From: Alistipes sp. | GTDB taxonomy: Bacteria; Bacteroidota; Bacteroidia; Bacteroidales; Rikenellaceae | Assembly: GCA_017481145.1 (NCBI GenBank) | Contig: JAFUPR010000034.1 | Location: forward strand, 7,596-71,595 | Direction of reading: 5' to 3' | Length of the DNA: 64,000 bases | Shown here: piece by piece, positions 21,111 through 29,710 of the stretch | How the letters are laid out: each line of letters opens with the position of its first letter | Numbering within the stretch: the first letter of the stretch is position 1 | Position numbers and translations under genes: made by a program | Notes under the pieces: generated by a model | Databases searched by the model: none | Seen by the model: only the letters and a program-made list of their open reading frames with translations | Told to the model about the DNA's origin: nothing

Positions 21111-21115
21111 TGTTG

Positions 21116-21748
21116 CTATTTGTAGGGCGTATATACAACCCTCTTAGTCTCGAAAAACTCATCGTCGAACATCGTTCGTATGTCGTACACGTCCCACTTA
21201 CGGTGGGTGAGAGCCAACTCCTCGGCTAAATCGCCCCCCTTGAGGTAGAGCACACCGTTAGGCAGTGTACCCTTATTCTCCCCTTTGCGCAGCAAAGGCC
21301 ATGCCCATGGCATAAAGCGTGCCATCTCTGTCACGGCGCGCGATACCACATAGTCGAATTTCTCGCCTAACTGCTCGGCACGTGAGTTCACGGTGCGCAG
21401 ATTTCGGATGTCTGCACCCTCCGTTATGCCCTCCACAACACGTATCTTCTTACCTCTGGAGTCGACGCCTACGAACTCCACCTCGGGGAACATAATGGCT
21501 AATGGTACCGAGGGAAAACCTCCACCACAACCTATGTCCACAACCTTTGCTCCCGCCTCGAAGCGACACACCTTGGCTATGGCCAACGAGTGGAGTATGT
21601 GGCGAGTATATAGGTGCTCCATATCCTTGCGCGAGATGACGTTTATGCGGCTGTTCCACTCCGCATAGAGCTCGCCAAGACGCTCGTATTGCTCCCTCTG
21701 TCGAGAGGTGATATCGGGGAAATATCGTGTTATAATTTCGCAGTTCAT
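21116..21748 (-). CDS. rsmG: 16S rRNA m7G527 methyltransferase
   Basis: WNSRINVISR, HILHSL, DIGCGGGFP, SRAV, YLKGG. Confidence 0.95.
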   Translation of the reverse strand: MNCEIITRYFPDITSRQREQYERLGELYAEWNSRINVISRKDMEHLYTRHILHSLAIAKVCRFEAGAKVVDIGCGGGFPSVPLAIMFPEVEFVGVDSRGKKIRVVEGITEGADIRNLRTVNSRAEQLGEKFDYVVSRAVTEMARFMPWAWPLLRKGENKGTLPNGVLYLKGGDLAEELALTHRKWDVYDIRTMFDDEFFETKRVVYTPYK

Positions 21749-21752
21749 CTAT

Positions 21753-22310
21753 CTACTCCTTATCAATGAGTATTTTACATATCGCCCGACGTGCGCGGCG
21801 TATCTGTGTCTTTACCGTATTTAGTGGTCGGCCGAGCTTCTCGGCAATCTCCTCGTAGGAGTACTCCTCCAAAAAGCGCATCTCTATCACCTCGCGATAC
21901 TCGTCGCTAAGCTCCTCGAGGGCAGCGTAGAAGTGCGAACGGCTCTGGTTTATTATCACCGACTCTTCGGGCGAGGGTGTTGTGGCCAGTGGGGCACGGA
22001 AGCGCTCGTCGATGGCCACATCGTCGGCACGACGGCGTAGGTGGTCGACCAACGTATTGCGGGCGATGGTATATATCCACTGCCCGAAGGTGTAGCTCTT
22101 AGAGTAGCGATCCAAGTTGAGGTATACCTTAATGAAGGTCTCCTGCAGTAGGTCTCCAGCCATAGCCTTATCGCCTAAGCGCTGTTCGAATAGGTGCACA
22201 AGAGCATCTCTGTATCGTGTGAAGAGATATTCGAAGGCACGTTGGTCGCCCTCCGAGGCGAGTTCGACAAGGTGCGCGTCAGTGGCTATGATATAGTCGT
22301 CTATCTCCAT
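21753..22310 (-). CDS. ECF-type RNA polymerase sigma factor
   Basis: DLLQETFIKVY, WIYTIARN..VD (region 2); SYEEIAEKLGRPLNTVKTQIRRAR (region 4). Confidence 0.92.
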   Translation of the reverse strand: MEIDDYIIATDAHLVELASEGDQRAFEYLFTRYRDALVHLFEQRLGDKAMAGDLLQETFIKVYLNLDRYSKSYTFGQWIYTIARNTLVDHLRRRADDVAIDERFRAPLATTPSPEESVIINQSRSHFYAALEELSDEYREVIEMRFLEEYSYEEIAEKLGRPLNTVKTQIRRARRAICKILIDKE

Positions 22311-23461
22311 AGCTTTGGTGTATTATGGCTACGTCTTGAGCCTATCATCCACTCTACAATGGGGCCAAAGAGGTCGTATATCCAATATCTCAGGACTATG
22401 CCATGCTCGCCAAGACGTTGTGCTGTGCGGCGCGATGACCATAGCACGATGACATAGCGTAGGAGTAGTAGCCCCACAGCACCGAGTTTAAGCTCTAACG
22501 GGAGCACAGCAATCGCCACAATCGTTGCAAGGAAGAAGAGCACACGGCTGCCGCGCTCACGGCGCGATAGGGTCTTAGCCGAGGCGGGGTAGTACGATCT
22601 GGTTGAGGCGTAGTAGCGCATAAGTTCCAACCATTCGCTCCATCTTGCTGGGCGCTCCTCCTCTACGATTGAGTGGCGCGAGAGTACCACGGCAGTACGC
22701 TCGGGTGTCGCTATAGAGCTGAGGTATAGGTCGTTGTCGCCAATGTCGATGCCTAAGTGGTTGAAGCCGCGCGTCGACTCGTAAAGTGGGCGTGTGTAGC
22801 CGTAGTTGCTACGCGGGGCATAGTATAGTCTGTCCCGCACAGCACGCGACATGGCATTGCGTTCGCGCTGGAACTCTACCATGCGCATAAGGAACGTCTT
22901 GAGCGTGTTGTGCTCGAAGCGTGGTACGGCGGGTGCTACGACAACCGTGCCGCGCTCGAAACCCTTGGACATGAGCGATATCCACTGCTCGGAGCGAGGG
23001 ATAGCACCTGGGATGGTGAATAGTAGTGCGTCGTACTGTGCCGACTTGATGCCCACGTTTAGTGCCTGCTTCGTCGATATGTATATGCGGCTGTCACCTC
23101 CAATGCGGGTAAGGCGCATGTTTGAGTAGTTCTCGCGCGCAAGTTGTAGCTCGTCGTAGTAGTCAATGTCGCCACCGATGTATACCACGACAACCTCAAA
23201 GTGTGCATAGTCCTGATGCAATAGCGCGGGCAACTCGTTTGTTAGGAACTCCTCATTCTCGCCCCTTACGGCCACGATGACCGAGATAGGTGGGGTGTCG
23301 ACAATCTTCTTCCTACGGCGCATAAGGCGATAGCGATATATGCGATAGTAGGCTATGGCATAGTAGTAAAATTGCACGAAAAAGAGCAACAGAAGCACCC
23401 CTATAAGTGCCAATCCTTGCCAAGAGTAGTGTTGTAGTATGTCGTTAAAAAATGCTATCAC
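22301..23461 (-). CDS. Membrane GT2-fold protein, catalytic motifs degenerate
   Basis: N-terminal TM, PPISVIV..R.E, QDY..FEVVVV, KQALNVGIKSAQYD, GDNDLY, C-terminal TMs; DxD replaced by IPG. Confidence 0.8.
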   Translation of the reverse strand: MIAFFNDILQHYSWQGLALIGVLLLLFFVQFYYYAIAYYRIYRYRLMRRRKKIVDTPPISVIVAVRGENEEFLTNELPALLHQDYAHFEVVVVYIGGDIDYYDELQLARENYSNMRLTRIGGDSRIYISTKQALNVGIKSAQYDALLFTIPGAIPRSEQWISLMSKGFERGTVVVAPAVPRFEHNTLKTFLMRMVEFQRERNAMSRAVRDRLYYAPRSNYGYTRPLYESTRGFNHLGIDIGDNDLYLSSIATPERTAVVLSRHSIVEEERPARWSEWLELMRYYASTRSYYPASAKTLSRRERGSRVLFFLATIVAIAVLPLELKLGAVGLLLLRYVIVLWSSRRTAQRLGEHGIVLRYWIYDLFGPIVEWMIGSRRSHNTPKLWR

Positions 23462-23484
23462 GGCTCAGTATATATATAATCGCA

Positions 23485-23492
23485 CAAAGGTA
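23485..23492 (-). promoter_or_regulatory. -7 box for the GT2-sigma-rsmG operon
   Basis: TACCTTTG on the - strand, 23 nt upstream of the start. Confidence 0.6.
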
Positions 23493-23587
23493 GTATTTTT
23501 TTTTAAAATGTCAAAGGACGAAATGGGACTAAATTTCAAATCCCACTCCGCCCTTTGATGTGCGAATTAAATCTCCTTTTGTGGAGT

Positions 23588-25705
23588 CTATTTGAGGTAC
23601 TTATCCAACCAACTGAAGAACTCGCGGTTCCAAACGACGTTGTTCTGGGGCTGGAACACCTGGTGCGCCTCGTTCTCGAACGACACAAGGCGGGCGTCTA
23701 TGCCCTGAACACGCGCCGCGGTGAAGGCCTCGAGTGACTGGCTGTAGGGGATGCGATAATCCTTCTCGCCAGTGATAATCATAATAGGCGTATCCCAGTT
23801 GCCCACCTTCTTGTGAGGTGAGTTGGCATACGAGCGCTGTGCTACGGCATTATCCTTCTCCCAATATGCACCACCATAGTCGTTGGTGACGAAGAAGAGC
23901 TCCTCCGTGTGGCCATACATCGACTCGAAGTTGAAGATGCCGCAGTGTGCGATGAAGGCCTTAAAGCGACCCTCGTGTACGCCAGCGAGGTAGTATGTCG
24001 AGTAGCCACCATACGAGGCACCCACGCAGCCACGATGGTCGGTGTCTACCCATGGTTCCTTAGATACCTCGTCGATAGCTGCGAGGTAGTCGCGGATGTT
24101 CTGTCCCGAGTAGTCGCCCGAGATCTGGTCGGTCCACTCCTGACCAAACGAGGGACAGCCACGGCGGTTAGGTGCTACGATAACATAGCCCTGGGCGGCC
24201 ATGAGCTGGAAGTTCCAACGGTAGCTCCAGAACTGCGATACGGTGCTCTGGGGGCCACCCTGACAGTAGAGAAGTGTTGGGTACTTCTTCGTAGGGTCGA
24301 AGTCGGGAGGTAGAATTACCCATGTAAGCATCTTCTTGCCGTCGGTGGTCGTTATCCAGCGCTCCTCGACCTCGCCAAACTTGATGTTGTCGTAGATCTC
24401 GCGGTTAACATCCGTAAGCTGTGTAAGCTCGCCACTTGTGAGGTTCACGTCGTAGAGCTCCACAGCCTTAGAGATGGTGTTCATATTGGCCACGATGCGA
24501 CCCTCGGCCATAGTGAAGGTGTTGATGTCGTGGTTGCCCGAGGTGATATGCTTGAGGTTGCCCTGAAGGTCGATGTGTGCCACCTGGTGCGTGCCGCGCC
24601 ATGGAAGAACAAAATACATAGCGTCGTTACCATCCCACACTACCTCCGTGGCGCAGATGTCGTGGTTGCGGGTGATATAGCTACACTCGTTGCTCTTGAG
24701 GTCGAAGACCCACAGACGCTGCTGGTCGGCCTCATTGCCTGGGCGACGCTGCGAGCGGAAGGCTATCTTCGTGCCGTCGGGCGAGAATACGGGATACTTG
24801 TCGTAGCCTACAAACTTATCGTAGCCCTTAGCTGCTGCCTCCTTTGAGAGGTTGCGTGTCTCGGCGGTGGCGAAGTTGTAGAGGAAGATGTCCGAGTCGG
24901 TAGAGAGGGCATACTCCGTGCCTGTCAATGGCTTACATGTGTAGGCAAGAAGGCTACCGTCGGGCGAGAGGCGTATCTCGGCAGTGTCGAAATAGGGGGC
25001 AAGAGGTGCATCATAAGCCTTGTCTGCACCGATGATGTCTACGCCCTCCGAAATCTTGCCATCCTTATAGTCGGCAGCGAAGATGTGGAGGTATGAGCCA
25101 TCATCCCAGTAGTCCCAGTGGCGAGCCATAAGGTCGTCGTATATGCGCACCTTCGACTTGTCCATGTCCTCGTACTTGTTCGAGCCCTTGAGCTTGGCAA
25201 CAGCCACACGCTTAACGTAGAAGGCGTGGTCACCAGCAATACCGAAGCCCTCGATGCCACCATCGATGGCTGTAAGCTGGCGGGCAGTGCCACCGTTGAC
25301 ATCCATAGTCCATGCCTGCATCTGACCTGTGCGGTTAGAGAGGAAGGCTACGTTGTCATTGTCAATCCACTGCGGTGCAGTGTTTGTTGAGTTGTAGTCG
25401 GTAAGCTGGCGCTCCTCATTTGTCGTCATATCACGAAGCCAGAGGAGTGTGATGCCGCGATTCTCCTTGAGGTTGTACTGCGTTAGTGTGTAGACGAGCT
25501 TGCTGCCGTCGGGCGAGAGGGTCTGTGCGCCGATGCGCGACATCTTCCACATCACCTCGGGGGTAAGCCTACCCTCGGCCTTCTCGGCGTCGGTGAGCGC
25601 ATTGTCTATTGTGAGCGGCTCGGGTACACCCGCCTGCTCGGAGTTGCCACAGCCGCTGAGCGTGAGGCACGAAGCAAATGTCATAATAAAGAGTAATTTT
25701 TTCAT
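23588..25705 (-). CDS. S9 family peptidase, dipeptidyl-peptidase 5-like lipoprotein
   Basis: Lipobox LSGC after ATG 25705, RHWDYW, CQGGPQ, GASYGG (catalytic Ser), DYRIP, EAH. Confidence 0.92.
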   Translation of the reverse strand: MKKLLFIMTFASCLTLSGCGNSEQAGVPEPLTIDNALTDAEKAEGRLTPEVMWKMSRIGAQTLSPDGSKLVYTLTQYNLKENRGITLLWLRDMTTNEERQLTDYNSTNTAPQWIDNDNVAFLSNRTGQMQAWTMDVNGGTARQLTAIDGGIEGFGIAGDHAFYVKRVAVAKLKGSNKYEDMDKSKVRIYDDLMARHWDYWDDGSYLHIFAADYKDGKISEGVDIIGADKAYDAPLAPYFDTAEIRLSPDGSLLAYTCKPLTGTEYALSTDSDIFLYNFATAETRNLSKEAAAKGYDKFVGYDKYPVFSPDGTKIAFRSQRRPGNEADQQRLWVFDLKSNECSYITRNHDICATEVVWDGNDAMYFVLPWRGTHQVAHIDLQGNLKHITSGNHDINTFTMAEGRIVANMNTISKAVELYDVNLTSGELTQLTDVNREIYDNIKFGEVEERWITTTDGKKMLTWVILPPDFDPTKKYPTLLYCQGGPQSTVSQFWSYRWNFQLMAAQGYVIVAPNRRGCPSFGQEWTDQISGDYSGQNIRDYLAAIDEVSKEPWVDTDHRGCVGASYGGYSTYYLAGVHEGRFKAFIAHCGIFNFESMYGHTEELFFVTNDYGGAYWEKDNAVAQRSYANSPHKKVGNWDTPIMIITGEKDYRIPYSQSLEAFTAARVQGIDARLVSFENEAHQVFQPQNNVVWNREFFSWLDKYLK

Positions 25706-25754
25706 AAATATTGTGTTGTAGTTTTTAGTTTGTTTTATACCTTTGTCCAGCCTT

Positions 25755-26369
25755 ATGAAACAATACAAGCCATACACCATCTATATCGGGGCGTCGCAGA
25801 TAGTAATCACTGTGTCGGAGCCTATCGAGGGAAGTGCCATCCTCGAGGTAGATGATATGTTGTCGGTTTCGCGAGCGAAAGTAGTAAAAAAAGTTGAAAC
25901 AGACAAATTAATAACCATTTTAACCCCCGATGCTCATGAGACGTTCTGTCGCATAAGGGAGCAATTTGTCGTGGTTGAGGCGGCGGGCGGTGTGGTGCTC
26001 AATGGTGCGGGTGAGCTTCTCATGATACGACTACGCGACCGTTGGGATATGCCTAAGGGACATATCGAGGAGGGTGAGAGCGATAGTATGGCAGCGCTGC
26101 GCGAGGTCGAGGAGGAGACGGGCATCGTTGGCGAGATTGTTGGGAATGAGCCCCTTGCTACGACATGGCATGCCTACGATACGTATGGTCGTTGGGAGCT
26201 TAAACGCACACGCTGGTGGCAGATGCGTGCCATAGGCGGAGAGCCTAAAGCACAGACCGAAGAGGGTGTCACCGCAGTACGCTGGTGCAATAATGCGGAG
26301 GTTGTGGAGTGCCTGAAAAATACGTACGAAACAATTAAACAGGTGGTCGCTGCGTTGAGAGGTAAATAA
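25755..26369 (+). CDS. NUDIX hydrolase
   Basis: AAGG, WDMPKGHIEEGESDSMAALREVEEETG (Nudix box). Confidence 0.9.
   Translation: MKQYKPYTIYIGASQIVITVSEPIEGSAILEVDDMLSVSRAKVVKKVETDKLITILTPDAHETFCRIREQFVVVEAAGGVVLNGAGELLMIRLRDRWDMPKGHIEEGESDSMAALREVEEETGIVGEIVGNEPLATTWHAYDTYGRWELKRTRWWQMRAIGGEPKAQTEEGVTAVRWCNNAEVVECLKNTYETIKQVVAALRGK
25876..25907 (-). promoter_or_regulatory. Putative DPP5 promoter embedded in the NUDIX CDS
   Basis: - strand TTTG (25904-25907), 20 nt, then TACTTTCG (25876-25883), within an AT-rich patch. Confidence 0.5.
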
Positions 26370-26385
26370 AACGACACATATAACT

Positions 26386-27945
26386 ATGAATAAGATACTT
26401 TGGGTAGATGACGAGATAGAGCTGCTGAAACCACATGTTATGTTCCTCAAGGCCAAGGGCTATGAGGTAGATACATGCAACAATGGCTACGACGCTATCG
26501 ACATGGTCGGTGCTACGGGCTACGACCTTGTCATCTTAGACGAGATGATGCCTGGAATGACGGGACTTGAGACGCTGCCACTGATCAAGGCGGCGCGACC
26601 CTCGTTGCCTGTGATTATGGTCACCAAGAGCGAGGAGGAAAATATCATGGATAAGACTATAGGCTCGAAGATTGCCGACTATATAATCAAGCCCGTGAAC
26701 CCCAACCAGGTGCTCCTGTCGATAAAGAAGAACTTGCACTCCGAGCAGCTTGTTACGGAGCAGACCACGGCCGACTATCGCTCGGAGTTTGGACGTATAG
26801 CGGCACAGCAGCAGTCGGCATCGACCTTTGCCGAGTGGTGTGCCCTCTACCGTAAGATTGTGGGGTGGGAGATAGAGCTTGCGGGCTCGTCGGACAAGAG
26901 CATACGTGAGGTGCTCAGCTACCAAAAGAACGAGGCAAATCAGGAGTTCTCGAAGTTCGTACGTCGCAACTATTACGACTGGATAAATCGCCGCTCGGCA
27001 GAAGAGGATATCCCTACGATGTCGCACACGCTCATGCGCCACCGTATATTCGAGGAGGTGGACAAGGGAGTAAAGACGACGTTGATACTTGTGGATAACA
27101 TGCGCTATGACCAGTGGCGCACGATAGAGCCTATGTTACGAGGCATCTACGATGTCGCTGTCGACGACTTCTACTGCGCCATACTACCTACGGCGACGCA
27201 GTATGCTCGTAACGCCCTCTTTGCAGGACTTATGCCCTTGGCTATCGATAAGCTCATGCCCGAGAAGTGGCTCAATGACAACGAGGATGGGGGCAAGAAT
27301 ATGTACGAGGAGGAGTTTTTGCGTAGGCTTATAACGCAGACGGGAAAGAAGTACAAGCTCTCGTTCGATAAGCTCGTGCGCCCCGAGGCAGGACGACGAC
27401 TTTTGGATAACATGCAGCATGTCTACGATGCCGACTTCTCGGTCATCGTCTACAACTTCCTCGACATCCTCTCGCATGCACGTACCGAGACCGACATCAT
27501 CCGCGACCTCACCGACGACGAGGCAGCCTTCCGCTCGCTCACGCGCTCATGGTTTGAGCACTCGGAGTTATACACACTCTTCAAGCTCCTCTCGGAGCGT
27601 GGACATAGGGTCATCGTCACCTCCGACCATGGCACCATTCGCGTGGATAACCCCGTGCGTGTCACGGGCGACAAGGAGACGTCGGCAAACCTGCGTTACA
27701 AGACGGGACGTAATCTCGCGTATAACGCACGCGAAGTATATGAGGTAACGCGCCCCGAGGATGTGCAACTGCCTTCAGGACGCCTGACATCGAGCTACAT
27801 ATTCGCCTACAACCGCGACTTCCTCGTATATAACAATGATGCTAATAGGTATATACGTTACTACAAAAACACCTTCCAGCATGGGGGTATATCGATGGAG
27901 GAGATGATTGTGCCGTATGTAGTATTAGAGCCCAAAAAAAGATAG
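26386..27945 (+). CDS. porX: Response regulator with PglZ/alkaline-phosphatase-fold domain (PorX family)
   Basis: Receiver ILWVDDE, LDEMMPG, VTKSEEE, KPVNPNQ; PglZ DNMRYDQW, ILPTATQYARN, TSDHG, FQHGGISMEEM. Confidence 0.9.
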   Translation: MNKILWVDDEIELLKPHVMFLKAKGYEVDTCNNGYDAIDMVGATGYDLVILDEMMPGMTGLETLPLIKAARPSLPVIMVTKSEEENIMDKTIGSKIADYIIKPVNPNQVLLSIKKNLHSEQLVTEQTTADYRSEFGRIAAQQQSASTFAEWCALYRKIVGWEIELAGSSDKSIREVLSYQKNEANQEFSKFVRRNYYDWINRRSAEEDIPTMSHTLMRHRIFEEVDKGVKTTLILVDNMRYDQWRTIEPMLRGIYDVAVDDFYCAILPTATQYARNALFAGLMPLAIDKLMPEKWLNDNEDGGKNMYEEEFLRRLITQTGKKYKLSFDKLVRPEAGRRLLDNMQHVYDADFSVIVYNFLDILSHARTETDIIRDLTDDEAAFRSLTRSWFEHSELYTLFKLLSERGHRVIVTSDHGTIRVDNPVRVTGDKETSANLRYKTGRNLAYNAREVYEVTRPEDVQLPSGRLTSSYIFAYNRDFLVYNNDANRYIRYYKNTFQHGGISMEEMIVPYVVLEPKKR

Positions 27946-28078
27946 GTATTTGTTGTGATAATGGCGCATCTACTTCCGCTAACGAATTGTCTCGTCAATG
28001 GGCAGTACGCCTAAGTACAGCCCATCGCCTCGAAATTCGCCGAGCGTTGTATCTGCACCATTCTGACAACAAAGACCT
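27944..28078. repeat. 135-bp imperfect inverted repeat (MITE-like or structured ncRNA)
   Basis: Arms of about 65 bp: AGGTATTTGTTGTGATAATGGCGCATCTAC...ATGGGCAGTAC, loop GCCTAA, GTACAGCCCAT...GTATCTGCACCATTCTGACAACAAAGACCT. Confidence 0.75.
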
Positions 28079-28133
28079 TCTAAGGGAGGTGTAATATGTA
28101 ATGGAAAAAGTAATTATTGAATAGATAAATTGT

Positions 28134-28550
28134 ATGGAACGAATAATTGAGATAGATTCACTGGATGAACTCGATAAGGTTGCCGAGGCGGTGGTCGAGG
28201 CGTTAGATGGCCGCACGGTGGTGGCGTTCGATGCCCCGATGGGTGCGGGTAAGACTACGCTCATAAGTCGCATTGCAGCATACCTCGGTGCCGAGGATGC
28301 GGTGACAAGCCCCACGTTTGCCATTGTAAATCAGTATGAGGGTGCAGAGCGCACCATCTACCACTTCGACATGTACCGCATAGAGCGCGTGGAGGAGGCC
28401 TTAGATTTCGGCTCGGAGGAGTATCTGTCGTCGGGCGAACTCTGCCTTGTGGAGTGGCCCGAGAAGATTGAGCCACTGCTCCCAGAGGATACGATGGTTG
28501 TGAAGATAGAGATTCTGGGTGACACGGAGCGACGTTTTGTCATTCGCTAA
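28134..28550 (+). CDS. tsaE: tRNA threonylcarbamoyladenosine biosynthesis ATPase
   Basis: MGAGKTT, SPTF, HFDMYR, VEWP. Confidence 0.96.
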   Translation: MERIIEIDSLDELDKVAEAVVEALDGRTVVAFDAPMGAGKTTLISRIAAYLGAEDAVTSPTFAIVNQYEGAERTIYHFDMYRIERVEEALDFGSEEYLSSGELCLVEWPEKIEPLLPEDTMVVKIEILGDTERRFVIR

Positions 28551-28579
28551 ATAAAAGCTATCTTTGCGGGCTAAATTTA

Positions 28580-28996
28580 ATGACAATGGAAAAGTACGAA
28601 TCAAAACAACAGCAGATAAATCACCCTGCGGCGCTTATCTTCCCGATAATCTCGCGCATGGACCTTATGACCCCAGCAATACAGGATAAGGTCGAAGAGT
28701 GGGAGGCAACGCCCGATAGTTGCTCGTTCAAGGTTAAGGGTATGAAGGTGGGCTTGCGTATCGCTGAGCGCGTTGAGAATAAGCATGTTAAGATTGTAGC
28801 TGACGAGGGTGGCATACCTATCGACTTCAGCTTCTGGATTCAGTTGAAGGAGGTTGCTGAGCGCGATACACGCATTAGGATGGTGCTCCATGCCGAGCTT
28901 AACATGATGATGCGCATGATGATTGGCGGCAAGATTCAGTCGGGCTTAGATCAGGCTGTTGAGGGTATTGCTACGGCACTTAACAACTTCCGATAG
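28580..28996 (+). CDS. SRPBCC/polyketide-cyclase-like protein
   Basis: YESK, DSCSF, FWIQLK..., LNMMMRMMIG pattern of the Bacteroidetes SRPBCC family; TATCTTTG at 28559-28566. Confidence 0.7.
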   Translation: MTMEKYESKQQQINHPAALIFPIISRMDLMTPAIQDKVEEWEATPDSCSFKVKGMKVGLRIAERVENKHVKIVADEGGIPIDFSFWIQLKEVAERDTRIRMVLHAELNMMMRMMIGGKIQSGLDQAVEGIATALNNFR

Positions 28997-29071
28997 TCTT
29001 GGTCAAAAGGGCGTAATCTTTGCTTTCCAATATGTTGCGTGGATAAAAAAAAGATTTTATTTGGCGTTTTG

Positions 29072-29103
29072 TTTGCAAATTCATTAAAGTTGCCGTATAT
29101 TTG
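29072..29103 (+). promoter_or_regulatory. Bacteroidetes sigmaA promoter for hup
   Basis: TTTG, 20 nt, TATATTTG. Confidence 0.75.
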
Positions 29104-29191
29104 CGGACATTTTTTGCTATAAGGCCCCCCGAAGGGCAAAGATTGTAGAACATTTGTTACAATAAAAAACTAAATAAATTACATTACAGCT

Positions 29192-29464
29192 ATGACAAAG
29201 GCAGATATCGTAAACGAGATTGCGAAGTCAACCGGTGTTGAGAAGATTCAGGTTCAGGCTATCGTTGAGGCATTTATGGAGAGCGTTAAGGGTGCTATGA
29301 TCAATGGAGAGAATGTTTACCTCCGTGGTTTTGGTAGCTTCATCATCAAGAAGCGCGCTATGAAGGTTGCTCGTAACATCTCTAAGAACACTACAATCAC
29401 TATCCCTGAGCACAACATCCCCGCATTCAAGCCCGCTAAGAGCTTCGCAAGCGAGGTTAAATAA
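29192..29464 (+). CDS. hup: HU DNA-binding protein
   Basis: MTKADIV, LRGFGSF, ARNI, PAFKP. Confidence 0.95.
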   Translation: MTKADIVNEIAKSTGVEKIQVQAIVEAFMESVKGAMINGENVYLRGFGSFIIKKRAMKVARNISKNTTITIPEHNIPAFKPAKSFASEVK

Positions 29465-29492
29465 GCAACAAACCTTTTAATAATTATAAGTT

Positions 29493-29582
29493 ATGCCAAA
29501 CGGAAAGAAGCACAAGCGTCATAAGATGGCTACGCACAAGCGTAAGAAGCGTCTTCGCAAGAATCGTCATAAGAAGAAGTAA
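29493..29582 (+). CDS. Small basic ribosomal protein, bS22/mS38 (AURKAIP1/COX24-like)
   Basis: Manual translation MPNGKKHKRHKMATHKRKKRLRKNRHKKK (29 aa) with an A-rich leader; below the ORF-track cutoff. Confidence 0.85.
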   Translation: MPNGKKHKRHKMATHKRKKRLRKNRHKKK

Positions 29583-29599
29583 TATTCATCTTATCAAAC

Positions 29600-29643
29600 A
29601 ATAGATGGGGCTCAGGGTATATACTCTTAGCTTTGTCTATTTT
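29600..29643 (+). terminator. Probable terminator after hup-bS22
   Basis: AATAGATGGGGCTCAGGGT..ACTCTTAGCTTTGTCTATTTT stem with G-U pairs and a short T run. Confidence 0.55.
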
Positions 29644-29710
29644 GAAATGAGGCTGTCGGCACGTAGGGTGTCGGTGGCGGAATCTTAACCGATTTACATT
29701 GTACACAAGT

